From the IMG/VR virus record IMGVR_UViG_3300031088_000735: a stretch of 43,321 bases of DNA; one strand, 5' to 3'. The notes under the pieces were generated by a model. The model did not search any database. It saw only the letters and a list, made by a program, of their open reading frames with translations, and was not told the DNA's origin. The stretch is from a virus. Taxonomy: Duplodnaviria > Heunggongvirae > Uroviricota > Caudoviricetes. The position numbers and the translations under genes were made by a program. Each line of letters begins with the position of its first letter. Position 1 is the first letter of the stretch. This document shows positions 8,843 through 17,642 of this stretch, in pieces.

Positions 8843-8927
8843 GCCCGGTTGGTGAAATCGGTAGACACAGAAGACTTAAAATCTTCCGACGCAAGTCGTG
8901 CCAGTTCGAGTCTGGCACCGGGCACCA
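8843..8927 (+). tRNA. tRNA-Leu(UAA), second isodecoder
   Basis: GCCCGGT/ACCGGGC acceptor, GAAGA-CTTAAAA-TCTTC, variable arm, CCA. Confidence 0.97.
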
Positions 8928-8994
8928 AATTTAATCCTTTCAACACTTCTCTTTTTGTGTTATAATCTCTTATCTTTTTTGAGGTTAGACCACC

Positions 8995-9735
8995 ATGTCG
9001 CTAGATTTAGCCCACCACATTGTTGATGTTATAATGTCTTGTGAAAATCCTTCATCAAGTCATATGGCATTGAAGATAATTCAAGATCGTTCAACTTCAA
9101 GTGCAGATATTCAATGTCATAAGCTGAATCGCACAACACCGTCCATCACAGGCTATAAAAGTTTATTTAAATGTCATGATGACAGTCCTTTTGAATGCGT
9201 ATTTTCGTTGGAACATGAATTAGATTTGACGACATTCTTCAAATTTATTGCCAATCCGTCACGTTTTGAGATTCAGAATGTTCAATATGGCATTCAAATG
9301 GAGATTGTATGGTTTAGCCGATTTATTGATCGGTTTAAGGAACAAGCTGGTAACGCATTGTTTGAAGAACTTTATCAATCAGCATTGATTGACTTTTCTA
9401 TTAAATGTTCAGACGATGTGTTCGAAGTGGTTTTAAACTTTTCGAAACATTCGCTTTATTTGGGAAAAAATGTTCATTTTGAATTTCATTTTGATATGGC
9501 TGGTAACTTTCAATCTGTTAATTTCCGCTCATATTCTTATGGTGATAATTACCAACGTGAAATTATTCCTAAATACAAACCAGAAAATCAGTTAATGGCT
9601 TTTCATCTATTATTATCTTATTATTGTCATCCACTTGTTCATCAAGAACTTGATAGTTTGCTTACTGTTCCGATTGATCTTAATGACAACAATATAAATA
9701 ACTACGAAAATATTGTAACCATGCTTAAAATTTGA
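8995..9735 (+). CDS. hypothetical protein, C-terminal MxxI motif family
   Basis: 246 aa ORF, GAGG RBS, ends IVTMLKI. Confidence 0.85.
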   Translation: MSLDLAHHIVDVIMSCENPSSSHMALKIIQDRSTSSADIQCHKLNRTTPSITGYKSLFKCHDDSPFECVFSLEHELDLTTFFKFIANPSRFEIQNVQYGIQMEIVWFSRFIDRFKEQAGNALFEELYQSALIDFSIKCSDDVFEVVLNFSKHSLYLGKNVHFEFHFDMAGNFQSVNFRSYSYGDNYQREIIPKYKPENQLMAFHLLLSYYCHPLVHQELDSLLTVPIDLNDNNINNYENIVTMLKI

Positions 9736-9769
9736 TTTCTTTTTTATTCTTTTTTCGAGGTTCTATAAC

Positions 9770-10106
9770 ATGATTTCACCCACATTCACCTACAAATATC
9801 CAGTTAAGTTTCTGTAAACATTCAAATTTATTAAATAAAAATGTTCGTTATAATATCTATTTTGACGAATCTTTTAATTTTGTTAATGTTGAGTTTCTTT
9901 CTCATACTGACTTAGACAATAATCAAGTGCAGCATTTGTCAAAATTTAATGGTACTAACAAATTAACAGCGTTTTATGTGTTGTTACATTATTACACCAA
10001 TATTGAAATTCACAATAATCTTGTCTCAATGATGGATATCGACAATGATTTGAACGATGAAAACTGGTTTATGTGTAGCAATATCATTAGCATGAATACT
10101 ATTTAA
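9770..10106 (+). pseudogene. frameshifted or truncated tandem paralog of 8995..9735
   Basis: Open frame 9774-10106 encodes QLSFCKHSNLLNKNVRYNIYFDESFNF...NKLTAFYVLLHYY...DLNDENW...IISMNTI, aligning to the 8995 C-terminus; ATG 9770 with GAGG RBS is in another frame. Confidence 0.75.
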
Positions 10107-10116
10107 ACATAAAAAT

Positions 10117-10482
10117 TTATTTCTTTTTTGATGTCAATTGATGGCTCCAATCAATTAAGTCATACAATTCATTGACTGGATAGTTTTTATCTAACCTCAC
10201 TGTTATCCAGTGTTTTTTGTTCATATGATAAGCTGGCAAAATATAATCCTGACTTCTCAATATGCTGTTGAACTCAGGATTTCCTTTGACATTGATGATA
10301 TCTATTGTTCCATCTTCGTTTAGACCTAACTTACGTTTTTCTATTGTCATAATTACGCCATACCATTTATTACTTTCTGCGTTTCTTAATACCGCAACAT
10401 CTGGATGTTTCAAAAACATGTACTCTGGTGTCGTGTCGAACTTCTCGCTTACATATTTAAAGATTTCTTCTCTATTGATCAT
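10117..10482 (-). CDS. MmcQ/YjbR family DNA-binding protein
   Basis: KWYG, INVKG, ILPAYHMNKKHWITV, LIDWSHQLT motifs. Confidence 0.9.
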   Translation of the reverse strand: MINREEIFKYVSEKFDTTPEYMFLKHPDVAVLRNAESNKWYGVIMTIEKRKLGLNEDGTIDIINVKGNPEFNSILRSQDYILPAYHMNKKHWITVRLDKNYPVNELYDLIDWSHQLTSKKK

Positions 10483-10599
10483 GGATAAACTCCTTTATTT
10501 TTGTTATTTTATTACAAATTGAAAATTTTTCTAGTGACACCTTCTCTATTTTTTGATATACTATGAACCTATTGAACACATCTTATTTGAGGATTACCT

Positions 10600-10851
10600 A
10601 TGAAAAAGCTTGAAAGTTTGGCATTGGACGAAATCAAAAAAAACGCAAGCTCAATCACAATGAATCTTTTTGAAGCAAAAAATCGTTTGGTTGAGGTCAA
10701 AAATACCTTGATGCATGGTGATCCAAATTTGAGCAAAGAAGCACTTACCAGTTTGATTAACGCTGCTCAAAAAGCGATTGCTGGTATTGATCAATCTTCT
10801 TCATCTAGCACTTTGATTGAATCTTGGGCAGAAGGTTTGTCTGAAAAATAA
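10600..10851 (+). CDS. hypothetical protein
   Basis: GAGG RBS, downstream terminator. Confidence 0.8.
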   Translation: MKKLESLALDEIKKNASSITMNLFEAKNRLVEVKNTLMHGDPNLSKEALTSLINAAQKAIAGIDQSSSSSTLIESWAEGLSEK

Positions 10852-10981
10852 TTAATCATTATGTGTAGAGTATTTTAAAGCCGCCTTCTGGCGGTTTTTT
10901 ATTGCTTTTAAAATTTAAAACTAGCTATTTAAAATATTTTCTAGTATAATCCATGAATATTCAACATTCAGGAGTTTTATT

Positions 10982-11260
10982 ATGTTTGGTTGCTGCAGTG
11001 CAAGGACATTTAAATACATCAGCAAAGAAGGTGTGCTTGATCTTGAAGCCTTGAAAAAATTCTTCGGTGAGCAAACAGAAGTCTTTCAAGCACATGATGG
11101 CATCAAGATCAAAATCTTGAAAAAGGTTGAGCCTAACAACTTGACTGATGATGAGATGGAAATGGTTTTTGCTCGTAAAGATCTTCCTGAAAAAACTTTG
11201 CGAACGTATCCACTCTGCACTTGTCCTTGCCATGTCGAAGGCACAATGGTTGATTGTTAA
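10982..11260 (+). CDS. small Cys-rich hypothetical protein
   Basis: AGGAG RBS; GCC and CTCPCH motifs. Confidence 0.8.
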   Translation: MFGCCSARTFKYISKEGVLDLEALKKFFGEQTEVFQAHDGIKIKILKKVEPNNLTDDEMEMVFARKDLPEKTLRTYPLCTCPCHVEGTMVDC

Positions 11261-11359
11261 ACCATCACTGTTATCAATAAGGGGCTGAGGCTCCTTTTTT
11301 GTTGCTTTTTTTATTACCTTATGTTATAGTTTTCACCTAATTAACTATAAGGAATATTT

Positions 11360-11674
11360 ATGACTACAGTTGCTCAAACCATTGCTAAATTTCAAGCTGG
11401 CTTTAATCCAGAAGCCGCTGCTGGTAAAGATTATATCTTTCAATTTAATGTCACTGACGACAAGATTTACTGCCTCAATATTAAAGATGGTCAATGTACC
11501 GCTTCCGAAGGTGTCAATGATGATGCTAACGTGACTTTGGTGACTGATGCCGCTACTCTTGCGGCTATGGCAGATGGCTCTCTGGATGGTATGCAGGCTT
11601 TCATGAGTGGTAAACTGCGTATTGAAGGCGATATGATGCTGTCCCTGAAACTCAATGAACTGTTCTCTAAATAA
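11360..11674 (+). CDS. SCP2 sterol/lipid-binding domain protein
   Basis: FNPEAAAG...DGMQAFMSGKLRIEGDMML signature. Confidence 0.93.
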   Translation: MTTVAQTIAKFQAGFNPEAAAGKDYIFQFNVTDDKIYCLNIKDGQCTASEGVNDDANVTLVTDAATLAAMADGSLDGMQAFMSGKLRIEGDMMLSLKLNELFSK

Positions 11675-11684
11675 GGAGCAGTTT

Positions 11685-12098
11685 ATGCCTATTTCATTAG
11701 TTCACATTATTGAGATTAACCATCAGTCGGTTGTTGACTTTAAGATTAATCAAAACACGACTGCTTTAATTGCTAACCAAATTCGAGTGGTTACTAAGCC
11801 TAAGCTGTCTTTATTTTGGGAGTCTTATAATGGTTTAAAATCACTTATGGGAACTTCAGATAAAGAAATAGCAGAGAATAAAGAAAAAGCGATAGCTTTT
11901 GGACAGAAAAATGACATTAATGTTGATGTGACTGATTATAGCTATTCATTTCAATCTTTTGATATTATGGTTACATTGTCTGAAAAAGTTGAAACTCTAT
12001 TTAAGTTCTTGACGCTTGAAGCTGCTGAAAAGGCTTATGTTGAACTGTTGACAGCCGCTTCTTTATCTCAAGTTGCACAGGAAAAAACGAAAAGCTAA
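11685..12098 (+). CDS. hypothetical protein
   Basis: TAAGGAG RBS before ATG 11685. Confidence 0.8.
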   Translation: MPISLVHIIEINHQSVVDFKINQNTTALIANQIRVVTKPKLSLFWESYNGLKSLMGTSDKEIAENKEKAIAFGQKNDINVDVTDYSYSFQSFDIMVTLSEKVETLFKFLTLEAAEKAYVELLTAASLSQVAQEKTKS

Positions 12099-12219
12099 TA
12101 ATATAATTTACACAAATACCGCCTTCGGGCGGTTTTTTGTTTCTTTCATTGATTGAAAATCAACTTTGTGTTACTATCAAAAAATGATCATGAGAATAAA
12201 AATATTATAGGAGTTGTTT

Positions 12220-12633
12220 ATGCCACACATTGCGTTTGCTGCTGCTTATCTTACCCCTGAATCGAATGATATTATCACTTCGTTGGGGTTTCAAAAAGAA
12301 GATTTTCACTTGACGACTTGTATTGACTTGTCAGGTGCTATCAATGAAATGCCAGTTTATGGATTTCAACCCAAAACTGCAGTCGTTAAAGCTGTTACTG
12401 AATGGCCTGTTCGTGGTGGGGTCTTTCTTGTAGCTGAGATGGCTGAATGCGATTGGAGTTCTTATATCAACAAAGTCTTAAAAGCCTATGGTGCTGTTGA
12501 GGATGTTCCACATAATCCACACATTACCTTGCTCAAAACAAACGCCGAAGGTACTAGTCATTTGTATCAAAGCTTGGTTGGTAAAAAGTTTAGTTTTAAT
12601 CGCCATGTGATTAAACGAAAAGAAATTCCATAA
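12220..12633 (+). CDS. 2H phosphoesterase, Acb1/T4 57B-like
   Basis: HxT motifs FHLTT and PHITL; FAAAY, EW...LV and AYGAVED segments parallel T4 57B. Confidence 0.7.
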   Translation: MPHIAFAAAYLTPESNDIITSLGFQKEDFHLTTCIDLSGAINEMPVYGFQPKTAVVKAVTEWPVRGGVFLVAEMAECDWSSYINKVLKAYGAVEDVPHNPHITLLKTNAEGTSHLYQSLVGKKFSFNRHVIKRKEIP

Positions 12634-12705
12634 TACTAATCAATAACCTTTTAATAATTGTCACATTGTGCTATAATCCAACATTATCATTTGATGAGGT
12701 GTCGC

Positions 12706-13233
12706 ATGACCACACTTAACTTTTTACAGTCTAGTTTTAAAAACAGTCAAGCGACCATTTATCTGGCTCCTGACTTTGTTGATATCTCTGCAACAGAATT
12801 TCCTAATGGTATTCCGTTGGGTGGTGAACCTCTCAGTCCAGAAAAAGCAGAAAGTTTTATTGCAGGTTTGCAACACTTTTTCACTGTATTTGTTGAAGAC
12901 TTAGTTTATACGTTGGGCGATAACCCAGATTATTTCAAAACCAAACACTTTACCGAACCTGTTGTGACAGTAAGTGATGATTACAATTCCCGTCGCTGGT
13001 CGGCTGTTTACTGGGATGGTCACTACGATGAAGTGCATGGGACTCGTTTATTGCCCCATGTTAAGTTCCTTCCAGCCTTTGTAGATACGGAAGACGCTGG
13101 TTTTAGTCATGGCATTTCTGCTTTCAATCAGTTTTTTGAAACAGAACAAGAAGCCTTTGACGCATCGGTTAAGCTTGAAAACTTTATGAATGTGGTGCTG
13201 GCTGAATTGCTGTTGAACCACGTTAAAGTTTAA
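12706..13233 (+). CDS. hypothetical protein
   Basis: GAGGTG RBS before ATG 12706. Confidence 0.8.
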   Translation: MTTLNFLQSSFKNSQATIYLAPDFVDISATEFPNGIPLGGEPLSPEKAESFIAGLQHFFTVFVEDLVYTLGDNPDYFKTKHFTEPVVTVSDDYNSRRWSAVYWDGHYDEVHGTRLLPHVKFLPAFVDTEDAGFSHGISAFNQFFETEQEAFDASVKLENFMNVVLAELLLNHVKV

Positions 13234-13330
13234 GATTGTACAGTTCATCTGGAACGGTCACTTCGGTGGCCTTTTTTATTGTTTAAAGAAAAGCAATATG
13301 CTATTATAAAGCGATTATAAGGAATTATAT

Positions 13331-13525
13331 ATGTTGGTTAAAGATCACCCAGAAGACGAAACTATTGTTGGTAAGCGAGTATGGAATAAATCCCAAACTC
13401 AGGAAGGCACTATTGTTCTTTTTGATCCAAAAGATCGTTATCCCAGTATTGATATTAAATGGGACGATGGTCAACTGTCAGAGCGTTGTTTCATGGCGAA
13501 CATGGCAATTGAACTGGTTGATTGA
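13331..13525 (+). CDS. small beta-rich protein, tandem paralog A
   Basis: HPEDETIVGKRVW...PSIDIKWDDG..SERCFM. Confidence 0.85.
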   Translation: MLVKDHPEDETIVGKRVWNKSQTQEGTIVLFDPKDRYPSIDIKWDDGQLSERCFMANMAIELVD

Positions 13526-13552
13526 TTTACACTTTAATGTGAGGTAATTCAT

Positions 13553-13747
13553 ATGATACTTAGAGAACATCCAGAGAATGAAACGATTTTGAACAAGCGT
13601 GTATGGGATTATCACAAGACTAAAAAAGGCACTGTTGTGTTGTTTGATGGGCGTGATGTCATTCCAAGCATTGATATTAAATGGGACAATGGCGAATTTT
13701 CAGAACGCTGTTTTATGCGTTTTTTAGAAATTGAAATAGCCGAGTAA
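13553..13747 (+). CDS. small beta-rich protein, tandem paralog B
   Basis: HPENETILNKRVW...PSIDIKWDNG..SERCFM; same length as A. Confidence 0.85.
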   Translation: MILREHPENETILNKRVWDYHKTKKGTVVLFDGRDVIPSIDIKWDNGEFSERCFMRFLEIEIAE

Positions 13748-13828
13748 TCTATATTTTCAGAAGAATGATTGCATTATTGCTCTATTTTTGATAAAATAGG
13801 GCACATTCTACATGCATAGGTAACGATT

Positions 13829-14293
13829 ATGAGCCAGATTGAAGTCAGCCAAGAAAATTTGAAAAACTTGATGGATAAACAATATAAGTTCCATGCGTTG
13901 CTTGGTAAGCTGGAACATATGTCACCAGAAGTCAAAGCAGAATTTGAAGAGCTTCAACAAGCTGTTCGTGAACTTTTCAAAGAACATCATCAACGAGAAG
14001 ATGAAGCCCAAGCTAATAAATCAGATATGTTTGATAAAATCAGTGAAGCTAATGGTTTTAAAAGTATTTGGTCGATTTATGAAGTCGATGATATTAATGC
14101 TGTTTTTGGCTATGTTGAAGGCGTTGAATATGCAGGCTGTTCTGAACTGGTTGGAACAGAAATCACTTGGCTCCAATTGTGGGCTATTGCAGAACGCTTG
14201 ATTGAAGAGTCTGGTGATGACCATCACGTCTTTATTGAGAATTTTGCAAAAAAAGACAACGAACATCTGCATCGACTGATTACGGGTAGTTAA
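13829..14293 (+). CDS. hypothetical protein, tandem paralog A
   Basis: N-terminal coiled coil; TWLQLW...HVFIE. Confidence 0.8.
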   Translation: MSQIEVSQENLKNLMDKQYKFHALLGKLEHMSPEVKAEFEELQQAVRELFKEHHQREDEAQANKSDMFDKISEANGFKSIWSIYEVDDINAVFGYVEGVEYAGCSELVGTEITWLQLWAIAERLIEESGDDHHVFIENFAKKDNEHLHRLITGS

Positions 14294-14394
14294 TTCTCAG
14301 TTTCCTATTAACTAGGATTGCTTACTGATCTAGGTGTTTTGTTATTTGGATAGACTTATTTTACATTCTTTTAACTAAAAATAGAGTATTTATT

Positions 14395-14886
14395 GTGAAT
14401 AAATTAGAAATTTCTCGTGAAAGTTTAGATAAGCTAGTTGAAGCGAATGATGTCATTGCTCAACTTAAAACAAAACTTGAGAATATGAGTGATAATATTC
14501 TAAAAGATTTATCGTTTGTTGAAGAAGCTGTATATGGATTGATTAACGATCAAGTTGTTCAATATCAATTTGAACAAGAAATTATTTATCAATTTTTTTC
14601 TGGTAGAGATTCGAAATTTAAAAAACTCCAAGAAGAGTATTATTTAGATACTTATTGGGATGCTGATTTGGTCACTGACATGAAAGAAGTTGCTGGTATC
14701 TTAAATTCCATTACTATTAATGGAGTTAAATTTGATTATGGCAGAACTGATTTGTATACGTGGTTAAGTATTTGGCTTAATATTAATGATTTAGTGAAAA
14801 AACACATTAAGTCAAATTTTGTATACATTGAGGACATTAAAAAAACAACAGATGGTGACTATGATGTTAGAATCAGCTATCTTTGA
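14395..14886 (+). CDS. hypothetical protein, tandem paralog B
   Basis: LEISRESL vs IEVSQENL; TWLSIW...FVYIE. Confidence 0.75.
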   Translation: MNKLEISRESLDKLVEANDVIAQLKTKLENMSDNILKDLSFVEEAVYGLINDQVVQYQFEQEIIYQFFSGRDSKFKKLQEEYYLDTYWDADLVTDMKEVAGILNSITINGVKFDYGRTDLYTWLSIWLNINDLVKKHIKSNFVYIEDIKKTTDGDYDVRISYL

Positions 14887-15077
14887 CATCCACCCCATAG
14901 ATGAATCAAGGGGCATTCTTTTACTAAGCTTTGGTAAAATTTAAGATTATTTTCAAATAATTGTTGACTAAATAGTTTTAAATTGTTATGATTACCTTAT
15001 TAAAGCCCACGGCGGGTTTCCTCATTGGAGTATGTTGATTTTTTGACATATAACGTAAAAGTTACTGCTGTTTATTT

Positions 15078-15151
15078 GCGGAATTGGCATAGTGGCTGTG
15101 CTCCAGCCTTCCAAGCTGGCTACACGAGTTCGATCCTCGTATTCCGCTCCA
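15078..15151 (+). tRNA. tRNA-Gly(UCC)
   Basis: GCGGAAT/ATTCCGC acceptor, CCAGC-CTTCCAA-GCTGG, GTTCGAT T-loop, CCA. Confidence 0.96.
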
Positions 15152-15163
15152 GATTTGAAAGTA

Positions 15164-15254
15164 ATGGTGCTAAGGTATGCCCATGTAAAAAAAAGAAAGC
15201 CTGTCGATAAGATGTGGTGCCAGAGATAAGCCCACGTTAAAAAAAGAAATACTC
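15164..15254 (+). repeat. two imperfect pseudoknot-like units, 50 nt apart
   Basis: ATGGTGC..GCCCAT-GT-A8-GAAA and GTGGTGC..GCCCAC-GTT-A7-GAAA with compensatory stem change. Confidence 0.7.
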
Positions 15255-15262
15255 AATAGAAT

Positions 15263-15286
15263 GAGCCTCGAAAGAGGTTTTTTTTT
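15263..15286 (+). terminator. intrinsic terminator ending the tRNA-Gly transcript
   Basis: GCCTC-GAAA-GAGGT plus long T-run. Confidence 0.85.
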
Positions 15287-15375
15287 GCCTTTATTTTAGT
15301 AAACTTGAGTCTTTTTTCAAAATATGTTACCATACTGGCTCAAATGGTATTTTAACCTTATTTCAAGGATTCATT

Positions 15376-16161
15376 ATGAGCCAGTCAGTATTTACAGTAC
15401 AAGAAGTCGAAAGATTTCATAGTTTTCTAGAAAATACCAGACTGGCTAATTTCATTGAGCCATCAGAACGTGATCGTTACTGCGAATTTTTAAAACTTCG
15501 TGAACACAATTTTACAACAAAGACATTACCTTTATTGGTTCCTTATTTTAAGCACAAGCCTTTAAAAATAAATATGTTGTATATGGATTCTAATAGTTAC
15601 AGGTTTATTATTGTTTTTCAGATTGGCAAGAAAACAAAAACAATGGAGGTAACCTTTAATATTGATACAGATTCCATTGATTTTAGTCTTAACAAAACGA
15701 ATGTCACCTTGTTGCATTTGGAAGATTATTATCAACCATTATTAGAAGCTGTTCAACGGCTTGCTGGTGATTATCGTCTTTGTTCCGAGTTTAACTTGGG
15801 AAGACGAGCCAATACAATGCTTCAGCTTGAAAGGTTTTTAATGCAGACAACTGATGTATCATTTCCACATATCACTACACAAGAAAAAGCAATTGCTGTC
15901 ATTCAAACTCGACTTGATTTAAAAACTGGTGCTTCCATCAATCTAAAAACAACTTATTGTAATCATACTAAACAGACAGAAAGTTTAATTGAATATAGTC
16001 GTCACAAAAAACGTAGTGTTTATATCTCTATGACAGTCAACATCAAGTCCTCTTTGTATGACACTTTTGAACAACTTGCTTTTAAACTTTTCTTTAATCG
16101 TCTCTATTCTTTATCATTCTCACCACGAAACGCAGAATTTGTAAAAATGGACAGATTTTAA
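15376..16161 (+). CDS. hypothetical protein with similar C-terminal motif
   Basis: 261 aa ORF, AAGGA RBS, ends FVKMDRF. Confidence 0.8.
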   Translation: MSQSVFTVQEVERFHSFLENTRLANFIEPSERDRYCEFLKLREHNFTTKTLPLLVPYFKHKPLKINMLYMDSNSYRFIIVFQIGKKTKTMEVTFNIDTDSIDFSLNKTNVTLLHLEDYYQPLLEAVQRLAGDYRLCSEFNLGRRANTMLQLERFLMQTTDVSFPHITTQEKAIAVIQTRLDLKTGASINLKTTYCNHTKQTESLIEYSRHKKRSVYISMTVNIKSSLYDTFEQLAFKLFFNRLYSLSFSPRNAEFVKMDRF

Positions 16162-16221
16162 AACGATTCAAAACTATTTTCAATCAGTAAAAAAAAGACC
16201 TCATCAGAGGTCTTTTAGTTT

Positions 16222-16608
16222 TTAATCATCTTTGTTTATGAGTTTATCTTTGTTTTCATCCATCCATTGATACAATGACTCTTCACCATAATGACCAAGA
16301 TCTTTCATGTTTTTTAATTCGCTGTAGTCTTCTTTCAATTGTTCTTTATCGGTTATTCGATAGATGTACACTCTGTAACTGTACATAAAGTTTTTAGTGT
16401 ATTCATCTTCAATTTCTTGAATAGCTTGTTCAGTATCATCAATCAAGACAACATCGGTAATACCACAAAATTGGTCACGTACTTCCACAAGAGCCAGTAA
16501 TTTTGGCTTTTCAAACAAAGCCGCTTCCATGAGCTGTTTGAGTTCATCTTTTTTGCTTTCAATTGTTCGCTCAAGATCTCGAATTTCTTTTTTTAATTGC
16601 TCAATCAT
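16222..16608 (-). CDS. hypothetical protein
   Basis: GAGGA RBS; converges on a bidirectional terminator. Confidence 0.8.
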   Translation of the reverse strand: MIEQLKKEIRDLERTIESKKDELKQLMEAALFEKPKLLALVEVRDQFCGITDVVLIDDTEQAIQEIEDEYTKNFMYSYRVYIYRITDKEQLKEDYSELKNMKDLGHYGEESLYQWMDENKDKLINKDD

Positions 16609-16744
16609 TTATCAATCCTCAATAGAAAAATTGCACTCTTAATTTTATCACAAAAAACATCAACCAACAAGAATATTTCTATTTTCTTGACCATTTTGGT
16701 GAAATTTGATATACTATTATCCTGTTATTTCAAAGGAATTTTCG

Positions 16745-17254
16745 ATGAAAAATAAAACCTATTTTACGATTGTTCAAGATTTGGCTGTTAAAGACCTCGA
16801 AATGCGTCGATTTCGAGAGATTGTGCAACCTAATGAGCTTTTGACTGCATTCCATTCGTTTGCTCCTTCTATGGGCGTTTCTGGTGGGCTTATTCATATG
16901 CCTCTGGATTATGGTTTTATTATTCAAGAACGAATTACAGATGGGAGTCAGTTTAATATTTTAGGCCGACCAATTCAGTTGGGTCGTTTTGATTTCAAGC
17001 GACTTGAATCTGCCTTGGAGTTTTCTTATAAGGCTAACAAGTCTATCTATGATTCGATTAACGCTCGTTTGGCAATAGCTCAAAAGCTTAATCTGAGAAA
17101 GGCTTTGTATTCCATGCCATTCATGCCAGAAGCCAAACAACAAAAACACCAGCATTATCTTGAAACTGTTACTAAACTTCAAGAGATTACCGACTGTCAA
17201 CCTGATTTCTTGGGTTTTCATAAACATGTTCATGTTGAGTTCGCTCAACAATAA
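16745..17254 (+). CDS. hypothetical protein
   Basis: AAGGA RBS before ATG 16745. Confidence 0.8.
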   Translation: MKNKTYFTIVQDLAVKDLEMRRFREIVQPNELLTAFHSFAPSMGVSGGLIHMPLDYGFIIQERITDGSQFNILGRPIQLGRFDFKRLESALEFSYKANKSIYDSINARLAIAQKLNLRKALYSMPFMPEAKQQKHQHYLETVTKLQEITDCQPDFLGFHKHVHVEFAQQ

Positions 17255-17311
17255 TGCTATAATAGGCCATTAAAACAGGTCAAGCGATCTGTTGACCAAA
17301 GGATAACGATA

Positions 17312-17632
17312 ATGACTTCTATTTATGACCAGCTTACACCAGCACAAGTAGCTATTGTTGAACGTGTATCGAACGAGCTGCAGGAACGGTTCTTTGATAT
17401 GGCTGGCCGATTGAATGAGCAAGAATACTTGGGTGAATTTAAAGTTGAAGCTTACAAAGCGGCTTTGTTCTTGAATAAAGACACGAAAGTTCCACTTTTT
17501 TTGATCTACAAGTATATTCGTCAGCAATATTTGCGGGTGTCCGATCTGGATGTATCCGAAGAATACAATGTCATCCATCATGCAGTGAAATTAGGTATCG
17601 CATTGCTTGAAGACTCTTTGAAAACCAAATAA
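17312..17632 (+). CDS. hypothetical protein
   Basis: ORF with AAGGA RBS. Confidence 0.8.
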   Translation: MTSIYDQLTPAQVAIVERVSNELQERFFDMAGRLNEQEYLGEFKVEAYKAALFLNKDTKVPLFLIYKYIRQQYLRVSDLDVSEEYNVIHHAVKLGIALLEDSLKTK

Positions 17633-17642
17633 GGTTAAACGT

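Noticed and set aside
8392-8927. attL/attR duplication from integration into tRNA-Leu
   Set aside because: Both tRNAs are full length and diverged throughout; no integrase nearby
15002-15077. Three small hairpins upstream of tRNA-Gly as a separate ncRNA
   Set aside because: Stems are short and mostly AT-rich; adequately explained as a tRNA leader
15025-15210. 61 aa ORF
   Set aside because: Overlaps tRNA-Gly and the downstream repeat; TTG start; probably spurious
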